Assembly (NCBI GenBank): GCA_964393895.1
Contig: CAYMWP010000007.1
Coordinates: forward strand, 81-64,080
DNA from: an uncultured Anaerolineales bacterium
GTDB lineage: Bacteria; Chloroflexota; Anaerolineae; B4-G1
DNA length: 64,000 nt
Reading direction: 5' to 3'
Shown here: piece after piece, positions 43,515 through 53,534 of the stretch
How positions within the stretch are numbered: the stretch's first letter is position 1
Layout of the letters: the number at the start of each line of letters is the position of its first letter
The notes under the pieces: generated by a model
Database searches by the model: none
What the model was told of the DNA's origin: nothing
The model's input: only the letters and a program-made list of their open reading frames with translations
Made by a program: the position numbers and the translations under genes

Positions 43515-45902
43515 CTATGGCTCCAGGAGAAGCTTGGCCTCGGCCTCCCGCTCCACGTCCTCGCGGGCGTATAGCATGGGGTGGTACTCGCCGGTGAACC
43601 ATGCCTCCACCTGATCGTCATAGTGTTTGCTGCCCGGCTGCCCCGACTGGCCGGGCGTCAGCAGGCCCAACGAGTTCCGCAGGTCGCCCAGGTCGGCGAT
43701 AAAGCGGAAGGGCGGCCCGACGACCACGTCGCTGCTCAGGTCGTGCCAGGTGGTATGGGCGGCCCATACGGTGGTGCCATCGCCCCCCACGGGATAGGGC
43801 CCTCGATTGAAGAGTTGATCCAGTGGTCGAACACGTCCCATCACGTGGCCGTAGGTCAGCGTGTGGAGTTTGCCCCAGGCCCAGTCGTTGACGTTGGGGC
43901 CGAGTTCCGCCTTCAAGAAATCCACCGTCTCGCGCAGGGCCAGGTGTATGCAGTCGTCGCGGGTCTCGCCGTGGCCCAGGTCGAACCAGTGGCTCGGGTC
44001 GGAATCTGGATCGGTCAGTGCCTCTTGTACCCACTCCCACGATCGTTCTCCAAAGAGACTTCCCTCGGCCAATACCGGCGTAGGCCCCTCGCCCGCATAG
44101 CGGATGGCGAGGTCGCCCAGCTTGTCTGAGAGCAGCAGCGCGACCAGTCGGCGTACAAAGACCTGGTGCACGGCGGCGGCGGGGCTTTCGGCTGCCAGAG
44201 CGCCATCCCATCCGCGCATCACCTCGGTCAAGGCGGCCAACTCGGAATCGTCCGTTTCCAACTGTCCCACGAGTCGGCCCACGATTCGCGCCGTGGGTGA
44301 TACCTGGTCAAAGTGCATCCTCTGAATGTAGGCGATGTCTACTTTATCTTGCGCCTCGATCAGCTCGACGATGCGCTGCGACCGGTCGCCTATGCAGTGC
44401 TCGCGACCGATGTAATGTGGGTAGTCGTCGTCGGTGACGCGGTTGTTGGCGGTGGCGACGTAGCCCTGGGGTGGGTTGTAGAGGTGGGGCAGTTCTTCAA
44501 AGGGGATATAGTCCGTCCACTCGTACTCGCCTGTCCAGCCGGGCACCGGCACCTGGCCGTTCCCTTTGGCGCGGATGGGCACTTTGCCGGGAAAGCTGTA
44601 GGCGATGTTGCCCTCTGTGTCGGCATAGACCGTGTTCTGGATGGGCGCCGCCCAGTGACGCAGCGCCTCACGGAGCTCGAGGCAGTTGCGGGCGAGGTTC
44701 ATAGCTTGCAGTGCCTCGATCATCGTGTCTGGCTCCAGCGACGTCCAGCGCAGGGCCAACGGCTGCTCTCCGGCAAAATCGGGGGCCAGGCCGTTGATGA
44801 TCGGGCCGTGGCGGGTGACGACGACTTTTTCGACGACGGTCTCGCCGCCCTTGACGTGAATCTCCTCAGGGATGACGTCGGCATCTGACCACTCGCCCCG
44901 GTACTCGTATTGAACGCGCCCATCGTCGGTGCGGCGCAGCCGTTCCATATAGAGGTCTTGTACGTCGGGGAAGCCATTGGTAAAGCCCCAGGCGACGTGA
45001 CCGTTGTGCCCGGAGACCACGCCGGGTATGCCGGGGAAGGTGACGCCGGTGACGTTCCAGTCGCCTCCAACCAGGTGGTTCTCGTACCAGATGCAGGGCA
45101 GCCCCATCTGTAGGTGCATATCGTTGGCCAGCAACGGCGCACCGCTGGTCGTGCGCGCGCCGGAGAGCACCCAGTTGTTGCTGCCCAGACCAGCGCGGGA
45201 GCCGGTGAGCGGGCGCGCTTCTCGTGCGCGTTCCAACGCCGCGCCGCCGATGGCGGAATAGTCCACGCCGGGGGGCACGATTCGCGGCCAGCGATCAAAG
45301 TAGTCTGGCTCCAGCTCTGCCGCCCGCTCCGCTCCCAGGAGGGCGATCAACTGGGCGCGCAGAATCTCGGTCTCCCAGTTGACCGAGAGGGTCCAGGACA
45401 TCATTTTGATCCACGTGAGGGTGTCGGCCACCTGCCACGGCTCCGGCCGGTAGCGCAGCAGAGTGAACTCGATTGGCAAGCGGCCTCGAGCGATGCGGGC
45501 GCTGACGCCGGCGCCGTAGGCTTCCAGGTTGGCGCGGTTGTCGGGGGCAAGCAGGGCCACTTCTTGCTCCGCTACTCGTCTCATACCGAGGATGCGGAAC
45601 CAACGATCAACGGGCACCGTTTCAGCGCCCATTACCTCCGAGAGCCTGCCGGTGACCAACCGTCGTTGAAAATCCATCTGCCACAGCCGGTCCTGGGCGT
45701 GGACGAATCCCTGGGCAAACATCAGGTCGTGGGCGGTCTCGGCATAGATGTGGGGCACGCCCCAGCGGTCGCGAATGACCTCCACGGGAGCCTCAAGCTC
45801 CGGCAGCCGCAGCGTGCCATCGGTCTGGGGCAACCGGCGGCGACTGAGCCAGGTAAGCCCGGCTCGCAGGATGGGGCCGAGGATAGTTTGGATGAGAGAC
45901 AT
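43515..45902 (-). CDS. Penicillin acylase family Ntn-hydrolase
   Basis: Start MSLIQT follows GGAGGTG. VIRDRWGVPHIYA, QDRLWQMD and the nucleophile context GSNNWVLSG. The ORF-track N-terminal extension is trimmed. Confidence 0.85.
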   Translation of the reverse strand: MSLIQTILGPILRAGLTWLSRRRLPQTDGTLRLPELEAPVEVIRDRWGVPHIYAETAHDLMFAQGFVHAQDRLWQMDFQRRLVTGRLSEVMGAETVPVDRWFRILGMRRVAEQEVALLAPDNRANLEAYGAGVSARIARGRLPIEFTLLRYRPEPWQVADTLTWIKMMSWTLSVNWETEILRAQLIALLGAERAAELEPDYFDRWPRIVPPGVDYSAIGGAALERAREARPLTGSRAGLGSNNWVLSGARTTSGAPLLANDMHLQMGLPCIWYENHLVGGDWNVTGVTFPGIPGVVSGHNGHVAWGFTNGFPDVQDLYMERLRRTDDGRVQYEYRGEWSDADVIPEEIHVKGGETVVEKVVVTRHGPIINGLAPDFAGEQPLALRWTSLEPDTMIEALQAMNLARNCLELREALRHWAAPIQNTVYADTEGNIAYSFPGKVPIRAKGNGQVPVPGWTGEYEWTDYIPFEELPHLYNPPQGYVATANNRVTDDDYPHYIGREHCIGDRSQRIVELIEAQDKVDIAYIQRMHFDQVSPTARIVGRLVGQLETDDSELAALTEVMRGWDGALAAESPAAAVHQVFVRRLVALLLSDKLGDLAIRYAGEGPTPVLAEGSLFGERSWEWVQEALTDPDSDPSHWFDLGHGETRDDCIHLALRETVDFLKAELGPNVNDWAWGKLHTLTYGHVMGRVRPLDQLFNRGPYPVGGDGTTVWAAHTTWHDLSSDVVVGPPFRFIADLGDLRNSLGLLTPGQSGQPGSKHYDDQVEAWFTGEYHPMLYAREDVEREAEAKLLLEP

Positions 45903-45991
45903 TGGAACACCTCCATGCTGGGATACTGGATTCTCGCGACGGTTGCTGCCAAAGCTCGACCATCGCCAGGCATTATTATACCCTGTTATAC

Positions 45992-46021
45992 TTGACAATA
46001 CCACTCCAAGCAGAGTAGAAT
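45992..46021 (+). promoter_or_regulatory. Sigma70-type promoter upstream of the decarboxylase gene
   Basis: -35 TTGACA (45992-45997), 18-nt spacer and -10 TAGAAT (46016-46021). Confidence 0.45.
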
Positions 46022-46076
46022 ATGTGCCGTCTGTTTCAATCAATCGTTCCACATCAGCGTATGCAAGGAGTATGCG

Positions 46077-47510
46077 ATGAATATCCCCGAACACGGTCTT
46101 TCGAAAGAAGAGATACTGGGCGCTTTGGAGGGTTACAAGCAGGGCGACGTCGAGTGGAAATCCGGCAGGGCGCTGGCGCTGGTCTACGACCCGGGCCAGG
46201 AGGCCCGAGAGACGGTCAACGCCGCGTACACGGCGTTCATGACCGAGAATGGGTTGGATCCGACCAGTTTCCCCAGCCTGTTAAAGCTGGAGACGGAGGT
46301 GGTGCGCATGGTCGCCAACCTGCTGCGGGGCGACGAGCAAGCGGTGGGGAACCTGACCAGCGGCGGGACGGAGAGCATCATGCTGGCGGTCAAGACGGCG
46401 CGCGACAAGGCGCGGGCCGAGCGGCCCGAGATCACGGCTCCGGAGATGGTGATTCCGCTGACGGCTCATCCCGCGTTCCACAAGGCGGCCCACTATCTCG
46501 GCCTCAGGGTGGTGACAACGCCGTTCGACTCCGAGACGTTCCGGGCCGACGTGGGAGCGATGCGGGAGGCTATCACGGATAACACGGTCCTGCTGGCCGC
46601 TTCGGCGCCGGGTTACTCGCACGGGGTGGTGGACCCGATCGCCGAGATCGGCGCGCTGGCGCAGGAGCACGCCCTGCTCTTCCACGTGGACGCCTGTGTG
46701 GGGGGGATACATCTCTCCTTCATGCGGGAGCTGGGGTACTCGACCCCCGAATTCGATTTTTCCGTGCCGGGGGTGACGTCCATCTCGGCCGACCTGCACA
46801 AATATGGCTACTCTGCCAAGGGGGCGTCGGTGATCCTCTATCGCAGCAAGGAGATCCGCCGGTACCAGATCTTTTCCTGCTCGGCCACGCCGGTGTACGC
46901 GGTCATCAACCCCACCGTGCTCAGCAGCAAGTCCGGCGGGCCGGCGGCCGGCGCCTGGGCGATTCTCCACTACCTGGGAAAGGATGGTTACAAAAAGATC
47001 GTCCAGGAGGTGATGGATGCCACGCAGCGGATGATGGCGGGCGTCAACGCCATAGACGGCCTGCACGTGCTCGGCCAGCCGGATATGTGCATGTTCGCGC
47101 TGGCGTCGGAGCAGGAGGAGGTCAACGTCTTTCAACTGGCGGACGAGATGAAGCGGAGGGGGTGGCATTTGCAGCCGCAGTTTTCGAAAGCGACTTCGCC
47201 CTGCAATCTGCACGTTTCGGTCAACCATTCCAACGTACCACTCGTGGACGAGTTCTTGGACGCGCTGCGGGCGAGCGTCGAGCAGGTCAAACAAGCCGTC
47301 CCGCTGGATGTATCCGGCCTCAAGGCGATGCTGGAGCAGATGTTGCAGGATCCGCCCGATGACCTGTTCGAGAACATCCTGGCGCTGGGCGGCCTCCAGG
47401 GTACCGACCTGCCGGAGGATATGGCGTTGGTCAACGCGGTTCTGGGCGCGCTGCCCGTTCCGGCGACCGACGCTCTGTTGACCGAGTATTTCAACAATCT
47501 TTTCGTATAG
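46077..47510 (+). CDS. PLP-dependent group II decarboxylase family, sphingosine-1-phosphate-lyase-like
   Basis: RBS AAGGAG. SGGTESIMLAVKTARD, HVDACVGG and the PLP-Lys motif SADLHKYGY. Confidence 0.75.
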   Translation: MNIPEHGLSKEEILGALEGYKQGDVEWKSGRALALVYDPGQEARETVNAAYTAFMTENGLDPTSFPSLLKLETEVVRMVANLLRGDEQAVGNLTSGGTESIMLAVKTARDKARAERPEITAPEMVIPLTAHPAFHKAAHYLGLRVVTTPFDSETFRADVGAMREAITDNTVLLAASAPGYSHGVVDPIAEIGALAQEHALLFHVDACVGGIHLSFMRELGYSTPEFDFSVPGVTSISADLHKYGYSAKGASVILYRSKEIRRYQIFSCSATPVYAVINPTVLSSKSGGPAAGAWAILHYLGKDGYKKIVQEVMDATQRMMAGVNAIDGLHVLGQPDMCMFALASEQEEVNVFQLADEMKRRGWHLQPQFSKATSPCNLHVSVNHSNVPLVDEFLDALRASVEQVKQAVPLDVSGLKAMLEQMLQDPPDDLFENILALGGLQGTDLPEDMALVNAVLGALPVPATDALLTEYFNNLFV

Positions 47511-47527
47511 TAGGGGAGGGTGACGGG

Positions 47528-48298
47528 ATGGACGAGATGAAGGATAGGGTTGTGATAGTCACAGGGGCCAGCAGCGGGATCGGACGGGCGGCGGCGCTCA
47601 AGTTCGGTTCAGAGGGAGCGAGCGTGGCCCTGGTCGCCCGCAGCGGGGGCAAGCTGACCGAGGCGGCGCAGGCGCTCGAGGCCGACGGAGGCGCGGCGCA
47701 AGTGATCGTGGCCGATGTCACTCAAGCGGCCGACATTGAGCGCGTGGTCAACGAGACGGTCGAAACGTTCGGCGGGATTGACGTGCTGGTCAACGCGGCC
47801 GGCATCATCGCCACGGGGACGGTCGAGACCACCGCGCTCCAAGACTGGGACTATATGATGAACGTGAACGTGCGCGGCCCCTTCTACCTGATGCAGCGCG
47901 CAATGCCGTACCTGATCGAGCGCGAGGGGAACGTGGTCAACGTTTCCAGCGTGAACGGCATGCGCTCTTTTCCCGGCGTCCTGGCCTACTGCGTCAGTAA
48001 AGCGGCCGTGGACCAACTGACGCGCTGCGCCGCGTTGGAGGTGGCGAGCAAGGGGGTGCGGATCAACAACGTCAACCCTGGCGTCACCGTCACCCAGTTG
48101 CACCGGGCTGGCGGGATGGACGAGCAGGCTTATGCAGCGTTCCTGGAACACAGCAAGAGCACTCATCCGTTGGGCCGCGTGGGCCAGCCGGAGGAGGTGG
48201 CGGAGCTGATCTACTTTTTGGCCTCGCCGAAGGCCGGTTGGATCACGGGCGCCAGCCATCTGATTGACGGCGGGCGCGGCCAGACTTGCGCGCGATAA
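47528..48298 (+). CDS. SDR family oxidoreductase (FabG-like)
   Basis: TGASSGIGRA cofactor motif, NAAG and catalytic Y-x3-K (YCVSKAAV). Confidence 0.9.
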   Translation: MDEMKDRVVIVTGASSGIGRAAALKFGSEGASVALVARSGGKLTEAAQALEADGGAAQVIVADVTQAADIERVVNETVETFGGIDVLVNAAGIIATGTVETTALQDWDYMMNVNVRGPFYLMQRAMPYLIEREGNVVNVSSVNGMRSFPGVLAYCVSKAAVDQLTRCAALEVASKGVRINNVNPGVTVTQLHRAGGMDEQAYAAFLEHSKSTHPLGRVGQPEEVAELIYFLASPKAGWITGASHLIDGGRGQTCAR

Positions 48299-48300
48299 TG

Positions 48301-48335
48301 ACGTGAGACGTAATGCGTAAAACGTGATTCGTAAA
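48301..48335 (+). repeat. Heptamer array (ACGTGAA-type, 5 degenerate units)
   Basis: acgtgag acgtaat gcgtaaa acgtgat tcgtaaa, immediately after the SDR stop codon. Confidence 0.6.
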
Positions 48336-48407
48336 AAGTCAAGAATCCCTTTTTATGTTATAATAGTTCCAGTTTATGGAATTTCTACACACCAAACAGG
48401 GATAACA

Positions 48408-49229
48408 ATGTTCAATGAATCTCCCTCACGAACACTGAGCAAGCGGGAATCTCTCCTGTTGAGCAGCCTCTCGGCGGATGGGTACACTGTGTTCACCATC
48501 GAGGATGCCCGTGCGGTGCTGGAGGATAGCGAGACCGACATCCGCAAGTTGCTGCACCGCTTGAATCGCAAGCGCTGGATCAAGCGACTGGAGCGTGGCA
48601 AATATCTGATCGTCCCCCTGGCGGCCGGGCCGGAGGCGCATTGGGCCGAGCACGAGTATCTGATCGCCGCCTCGTTGGTGGAACCGTACTACCTGGCCTA
48701 TGCCACCGCCCTGCACTACCACGGTTATACCGAGCGTTCGCCCGATCCAGTTACCGTCGCCACCACCCGCCGAAAGAACCCAGTCACTATTGCTGGACTC
48801 ACCTATCGCTTTGTCACCCTCACGCCCCACAAGTTCTTTGGCTACGAGACCGTCTCGCTGCTGGGGGGCAATATCCAGATGGCGGAGCGGGAGAAGGCTA
48901 TCGCCGACGGGTTTGATCATCCGAAGCTAGTTGGCGGCGTCCTGGAACCGGCAAAGGGGTTATGGTTTGGGAGCCAGGAGCTGGACTGGGAAAAGCTGGT
49001 GGCGTATACCTTGCGCCTGCGAAACCAGGTCGCCGCGCGGCGGTTGGGCTTTTGGATGGATCTGTTGGGCCTGGGGAACGAGGATCTATTGTCACGTCTG
49101 GAGAACGGCGAGGGACACAGCTATGCGCGGTTGGAGCCGTCGGGCCCGCGCGAGGGGGCGCGCAACACGCGCTGGCGACTCATCGTCAACGTGCCAGAGC
49201 GGCAATTGTTGGAGTGGCGGGAGCACTGA
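48408..49229 (+). CDS. abiEi: Type IV toxin-antitoxin system AbiEi-family antitoxin/transcriptional regulator
   Basis: ATG at 48408. The N-terminal wHTH (LSKRESLLLSSL...FTIEDARAVL...KLLHRLNRKRWIKRLERGKYLIVPL) and COG5340-like C-terminal domain fit the family. The stop overlaps the toxin start (TGATG). Confidence 0.8.
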   Translation: MFNESPSRTLSKRESLLLSSLSADGYTVFTIEDARAVLEDSETDIRKLLHRLNRKRWIKRLERGKYLIVPLAAGPEAHWAEHEYLIAASLVEPYYLAYATALHYHGYTERSPDPVTVATTRRKNPVTIAGLTYRFVTLTPHKFFGYETVSLLGGNIQMAEREKAIADGFDHPKLVGGVLEPAKGLWFGSQELDWEKLVAYTLRLRNQVAARRLGFWMDLLGLGNEDLLSRLENGEGHSYARLEPSGPREGARNTRWRLIVNVPERQLLEWREH

Positions 49230-50034
49230 TGATCGCAGAGCGCGAACTGCGGCAGATAGCCGGAAAGACCGGCCTCGGCATCGGACAGACCGCACACGAG
49301 TACGCTATGCTTTGCGTGCTGGACGCCCTGGGTCAGACATCACTCCTATCCGACACCTTCTGTCTGAAGGGCGGCACGGCGCTGCGCTTGACCTACTTTA
49401 ACGACTGGCGGCACTCGGTCGATCTGGATTTCTCGGTGCTTCCGACCTTCCCCTCTGAGGAGTTGCGAACGCACGTCGAGCGCTGGTTCGCTCAAGTGGA
49501 CATTGCACACGGGATGACGGTACGTCTGCTGGACTTTCATCGGGCGAATGGCGCGGCCCGGATGCGTGCTCAATTCGTTGGGCCGCTGCGTCACCCGGCG
49601 CGTCTTCTCTTCGATGTCATCCTGGATGAGCCTGTGCTGCTGCCCCCGCAGCGGCGAGAGGTGGTCGTGTCATTCTTTCCCGCTCTGCGCCCGGTCGTCC
49701 TGACGTATGCGCTGGAGGAGATCCTGGCGGAAAAGATGCGCAGCATCCTCCAGCGCGGCAAGTCGCGGGATTACTACGACGTGTGGCGGTTGCTGAGGGA
49801 AAAGAAGCAGCTTTTGATGCCTCCCTCGTCCGCTCAATTATGGAACAGAAATGCCACCACAAAGGTCTGGACGCGCCGAACGTTCAAGCGTTCCTGGCGC
49901 CGCAGCACCTTGATGAAGCGGAGGTGTACTGGGAGCGTGACCTGGCACGGCAGGTCGCTCCACAGATGCTGCCCGATTGGGCTGCGGTCACCGGGGAGTT
50001 GGCGGAGTTGTTGGAGCGGTTCTTTGGTGAGTGA
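49229..50034 (+). pseudogene. abiEii: AbiEii/AbiGii-family nucleotidyltransferase toxin, frameshifted
   Basis: The N-terminal NTase part (…FCLKGGTALRLTYFNDWRHSVDLDFSV…) is in the frame of 49229. The family-like C-terminus (AAFDASLVRSIMEQKCHHKGLD…WERDLARQV…LAELLERFF) is in the frame of ORF 49783-50034. The switch maps to the A-run gggaaaagaag (about 49797-49807). Confidence 0.7.
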
Positions 50035-50193
50035 GAAAGTGACTGGCGCTCTACTTTGCCTGGGCGCCGCGCTGGACGATTTACGGAAGGTGAATCTGGC
50101 TATGGGGTGTTTAAGAGGAAGAAACCAGGTTTATGGCAGCCTTATCTAAACTGTACGGTTGAAGAATCAAACCATTCATAGGAGGTGCAAATC

Positions 50194-51363
50194 ATGAAAG
50201 ATCGAAAACTGCTCATGATCCCCGGCCCCGTCGAGTTCACGCCGGAGGTGCTGCGGGCGATGAGCATGCCCACCACCAGCCACGTGGCCCCCAACTTTAT
50301 CGAGGCATTCGGCCAGGCGCTGGAGCGGCTGCGCGAGGTGTTCCTCTGCCCCAGTGGACAGCCGTTCGTCGTCGCCGGGTCTGGCAGCCTGGCGATGGAC
50401 ATGGCCGCCGCCAACCTGGTCGAGTCGGGCGACGAGGCGCTGGTGGTCAACACTGGCTACTTTGGCGACCGCTTCGGCGCGATCCTGGAGCGGTACGGCG
50501 CGACCGTGACTCACGCGCGCGCTCCGGCCGTCGGCGATGCGCCCACTTTGGAGGACGTGGAGGCTGCCCTGAAGGGTGGCGCATACAAGCTAATGACCAT
50601 CACCCACGTGGACACCTCCACCGCCGTCTGCGCCGACGTGAAAGGATTGGCCGCGCTGGGCCGCAAGCACGGCGTGCTGGTCGTGGTGGACGGCGTGTGC
50701 GCGGTGGCCGGCGAGGAAATGCGCCAGGAGGAGTGGGGGATCGATTTAGCCCTCACCGCCTCGCAGAAGGCCATCGGCGTTCCGCCGGGCTTGGCGCTGG
50801 TAGTGGCCGGACCGCGCGCGATCAAAGCTTTCCACAGTCGCAAGACCCCGGTGGGCAGCTACTATGCCGACTGGACCCAGTGGCTGCCCGTCATGGAGGC
50901 TTACAAAGCCCGCAAACCCAGCTACTATGGCACGCCAGCGGTCAACCTCGTATGGGCGCTCAACGTCAGCCTGGGCCAAATCTTGGACGAGGGAATGGAG
51001 GCCCGCTTTGCCCGCCACCGCAGGTTGAGCGATGCGTTCAAGGCGGCGGTGACGGCCCTGGGGATGGGCCAGGTGCCGGTGAGCGCCGACAAGACGGCCA
51101 CCACCCTGACCGCCCCCTACTACCCCGCCGGTGTGGACGGCGCTATGCTGCCCCACGTCAAGCAGGCGGGCGTCATCGTCGCCGGTGGCCTGCACCCCGA
51201 GATCAAAGCTCAGTACTTTCGCGTCGGGCATATGGGCGCGGTCAGCGCCTCCGACATCCTGGCGACCGTGGGGGCCATCGAGTACGGGCTGGTTCATGTG
51301 GGGTACGAGTTCGAGCCTGGGGCGGGACTTGCCGCAGCGCAGGCGGCGTTGCTGGGGGAATGA
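50194..51363 (+). CDS. Class V aminotransferase (serine-pyruvate/alanine-glyoxylate aminotransferase-like)
   Basis: ATG at 50194 lies 8 nt after GGAGGTG. LMIPGPVE N-terminus, ITHVDTSTA and PLP-Lys context TASQKAIGVPPG. Confidence 0.85.
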   Translation: MKDRKLLMIPGPVEFTPEVLRAMSMPTTSHVAPNFIEAFGQALERLREVFLCPSGQPFVVAGSGSLAMDMAAANLVESGDEALVVNTGYFGDRFGAILERYGATVTHARAPAVGDAPTLEDVEAALKGGAYKLMTITHVDTSTAVCADVKGLAALGRKHGVLVVVDGVCAVAGEEMRQEEWGIDLALTASQKAIGVPPGLALVVAGPRAIKAFHSRKTPVGSYYADWTQWLPVMEAYKARKPSYYGTPAVNLVWALNVSLGQILDEGMEARFARHRRLSDAFKAAVTALGMGQVPVSADKTATTLTAPYYPAGVDGAMLPHVKQAGVIVAGGLHPEIKAQYFRVGHMGAVSASDILATVGAIEYGLVHVGYEFEPGAGLAAAQAALLGE

Positions 51364-53045
51364 ATATGCCTGAGGTCAAATTCGACACCTACTATCGGTA
51401 CGACGATCTGACGCGCATCTTGGAGGGTTTTGCGGAGGAATATCCTCAGTTGGTGCGAGTCGAAAGCATCGGCCAGAGCTATGAGGGGCGCGATATCTGG
51501 CTGGTCGCGGTGACCAATTTCGCCACGGGCGAGGATAGGCAAAAGCCCGCGTTGTGGGTGGATGGCAACATTCACGCCGCCGAGCTGGCCCCTTCCAGCT
51601 TGTGTCTCTACTTGATCAACCGGCTGGTCACAGAATATGGCTCGGACCCCGACATCACGCGCTGCCTCGATTCGCGCGCTTTTTACGTCTGCCCCCGGGT
51701 CAACCCCGACGGGGCCGAGCTGGCGCTGGCAGACAAACCCAAGTTCATCCGCTCCAGCACGCGCCCCTACCCCTACGACGAAGAGCCCATCGGTGGCCTG
51801 GTCGAGGAGGACGTGGACGGCGACGGTCGCATTTTGAATATGCGGCTTCCAGACCCCAACGGGGCCTGGAAGATCTGCCCAGAAGAACCGCGCTTGCTCG
51901 TGCGCCGCGAGCCTACCGAGACTGGGGGACAGTACTACCGCCTGCTCACCGAAGGACCGATCGAGGATTACGATGGGGCGCTGATCCCCATTCAACCCCG
52001 CAAGGAACGGCTCGACCTGAACCGCAACTTTCCCCTGAACTGGCGGCAGGAGCACGAGCAGCCGGGCGCGGGTCCTTATCCCACCTCGGAGCCAGAGGCG
52101 CGCGCTATCTCCCATTTCATCGCTGACCATCCCAACATCACCGGCGGCGTTGCCTTCCACACCTTTAGCGGGGTGTTGCTCAGGCCCTACAGCGATCAGA
52201 ACGACGAAGCCTTCCCGGCCGAGGATCTGTGGACGTACCAAAAGATCGGGCAGAAAGGCGCCGAAATCACGGGCTACCCTGCCGTTTCCATCTACCACGA
52301 CTTTCGCTATCACCCCAACAAGGTCATCACAGGCGGGATCTCCGATTGGATGTACGATCATCTGGGGATGTTTGCCTGGGGGGTAGAGTTGTGGAGTCCG
52401 CAGAAGCAGGCGGGCATTGAGGAATACAAGTTCATCGAGTGGTGGCGCGAGCATCCATTGGAGGACGACCTGAAGATGCTCCGCTGGAGCGACGAGGCGC
52501 TTGAGGGCAAAGGGTACGTGGATTGGTATCCATTCGATCATCCGCAACTGGGCCAGATCGAGTTGGGCGGCTGGGATTGGTTCCACGCTTTCAGAAATCC
52601 CCCCCCGGAATTCTTGGAGAAAGAGATTGCCCCCTTTGCCGACTGGTTGGTGTGGCATCTGCTGATCTCGCCCCGGCTGGAGTTGTACGAGGCGAGCGTC
52701 AAACCACTGGGGGAGGACGCTTACAGCGTGCGCGTGGTGGTCCAGAACACTGGCTGGCTGCCAACCTATGTGACGAAAAAGGCTCTGGAGAAGAAATTGA
52801 CGCGGGGAGTGATATGCGAGATCGAACTGCCCGACGGCGCGACGCTCGAAACCGGCAAGCCGAGGGAGGAACTGAGCCAGTTGGAGGGGCGGGCCTACAA
52901 GCCCTCCGTGCCCGACGCCGAGGACAGTACCGACGACCGCGCCAAAGTCGAGTGGGTGGTACGCTCGCCCGCAGGAGGCACGGTCAGGCTGACCGCCCGC
53001 CACGACCGAGCTGGCACCGTCGTCACAGAGGTAGAGCTGGAATAG
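51360..53045 (+). CDS. M14-family metallocarboxypeptidase
   Basis: ATG overlaps the upstream stop (ATGA). SYEGRDIWLVAVTN and the Zn ligands in GNIHAAELAP (HxxE). The long ORF-track N-terminal extension (from 50697) overlaps the aminotransferase gene and is rejected. Confidence 0.8.
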   Translation: MNMPEVKFDTYYRYDDLTRILEGFAEEYPQLVRVESIGQSYEGRDIWLVAVTNFATGEDRQKPALWVDGNIHAAELAPSSLCLYLINRLVTEYGSDPDITRCLDSRAFYVCPRVNPDGAELALADKPKFIRSSTRPYPYDEEPIGGLVEEDVDGDGRILNMRLPDPNGAWKICPEEPRLLVRREPTETGGQYYRLLTEGPIEDYDGALIPIQPRKERLDLNRNFPLNWRQEHEQPGAGPYPTSEPEARAISHFIADHPNITGGVAFHTFSGVLLRPYSDQNDEAFPAEDLWTYQKIGQKGAEITGYPAVSIYHDFRYHPNKVITGGISDWMYDHLGMFAWGVELWSPQKQAGIEEYKFIEWWREHPLEDDLKMLRWSDEALEGKGYVDWYPFDHPQLGQIELGGWDWFHAFRNPPPEFLEKEIAPFADWLVWHLLISPRLELYEASVKPLGEDAYSVRVVVQNTGWLPTYVTKKALEKKLTRGVICEIELPDGATLETGKPREELSQLEGRAYKPSVPDAEDSTDDRAKVEWVVRSPAGGTVRLTARHDRAGTVVTEVELE

Positions 53046-53091
53046 AGATTTACTGCCGGGCACTTTTTTCAGAGGCGCCGAATGATGAAGG

Positions 53092-53231
53092 GTAACTGTT
53101 CAAGGGAAAGCCTGTTTTACCAAAGTACACAAAGGAAAAAACCAAAAACAGTCGCAGAACTTTTGAATCACTTTCTTGGTGTCCTTCGTGCCCTTCGTGG
53201 TTCTCCAAAATAGGTATGCCTGAACGCTTAC
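53092..53231 (+). repeat. MITE-like 140-bp element, copy A
   Basis: Visually near-identical to 59470-59603, with one 6-8 nt indel. Imperfect terminal inverted repeats are GTAACTGTTCAAGG...CCTGAACGCTTAC. It contains ttcgtgcccttcgtggtt. Confidence 0.7.
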
Positions 53232-53534
53232 GATGAAGGAACTGCTTTACAGCAGCGATTCTCATCTTGGCTTTACGGCAGATCAACTTGTGGGATGAGA
53301 CAACAGGGATTGGCCTTTTTCCAGTTATCACTACTATTTGAGCACCCAAGGTCGGGATTGGTTGATGGATTGCTGGTCGTGCTACCCAGTGATCGAGTTT
53401 TTGAAGGACGATGATTTCGAGCAGCTATGATGTTGACCCTGCCTAAACACACCGGCTGAAGCCTCGACTCCACCAAAATGAGGACTTTAGATTCCACGCC
53501 AATCTCTAACAGAAAACTGACAAAAGGGTGACGA

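Noticed and set aside
49229-50149. Continuous 306-aa AbiEii ORF in a single frame
   Set aside because: After about residue 191 the translation becomes R/W/C-rich and unlike the family. The alternative frame (49783-50034) carries the expected C-terminal sequence, so it is annotated as frameshifted.
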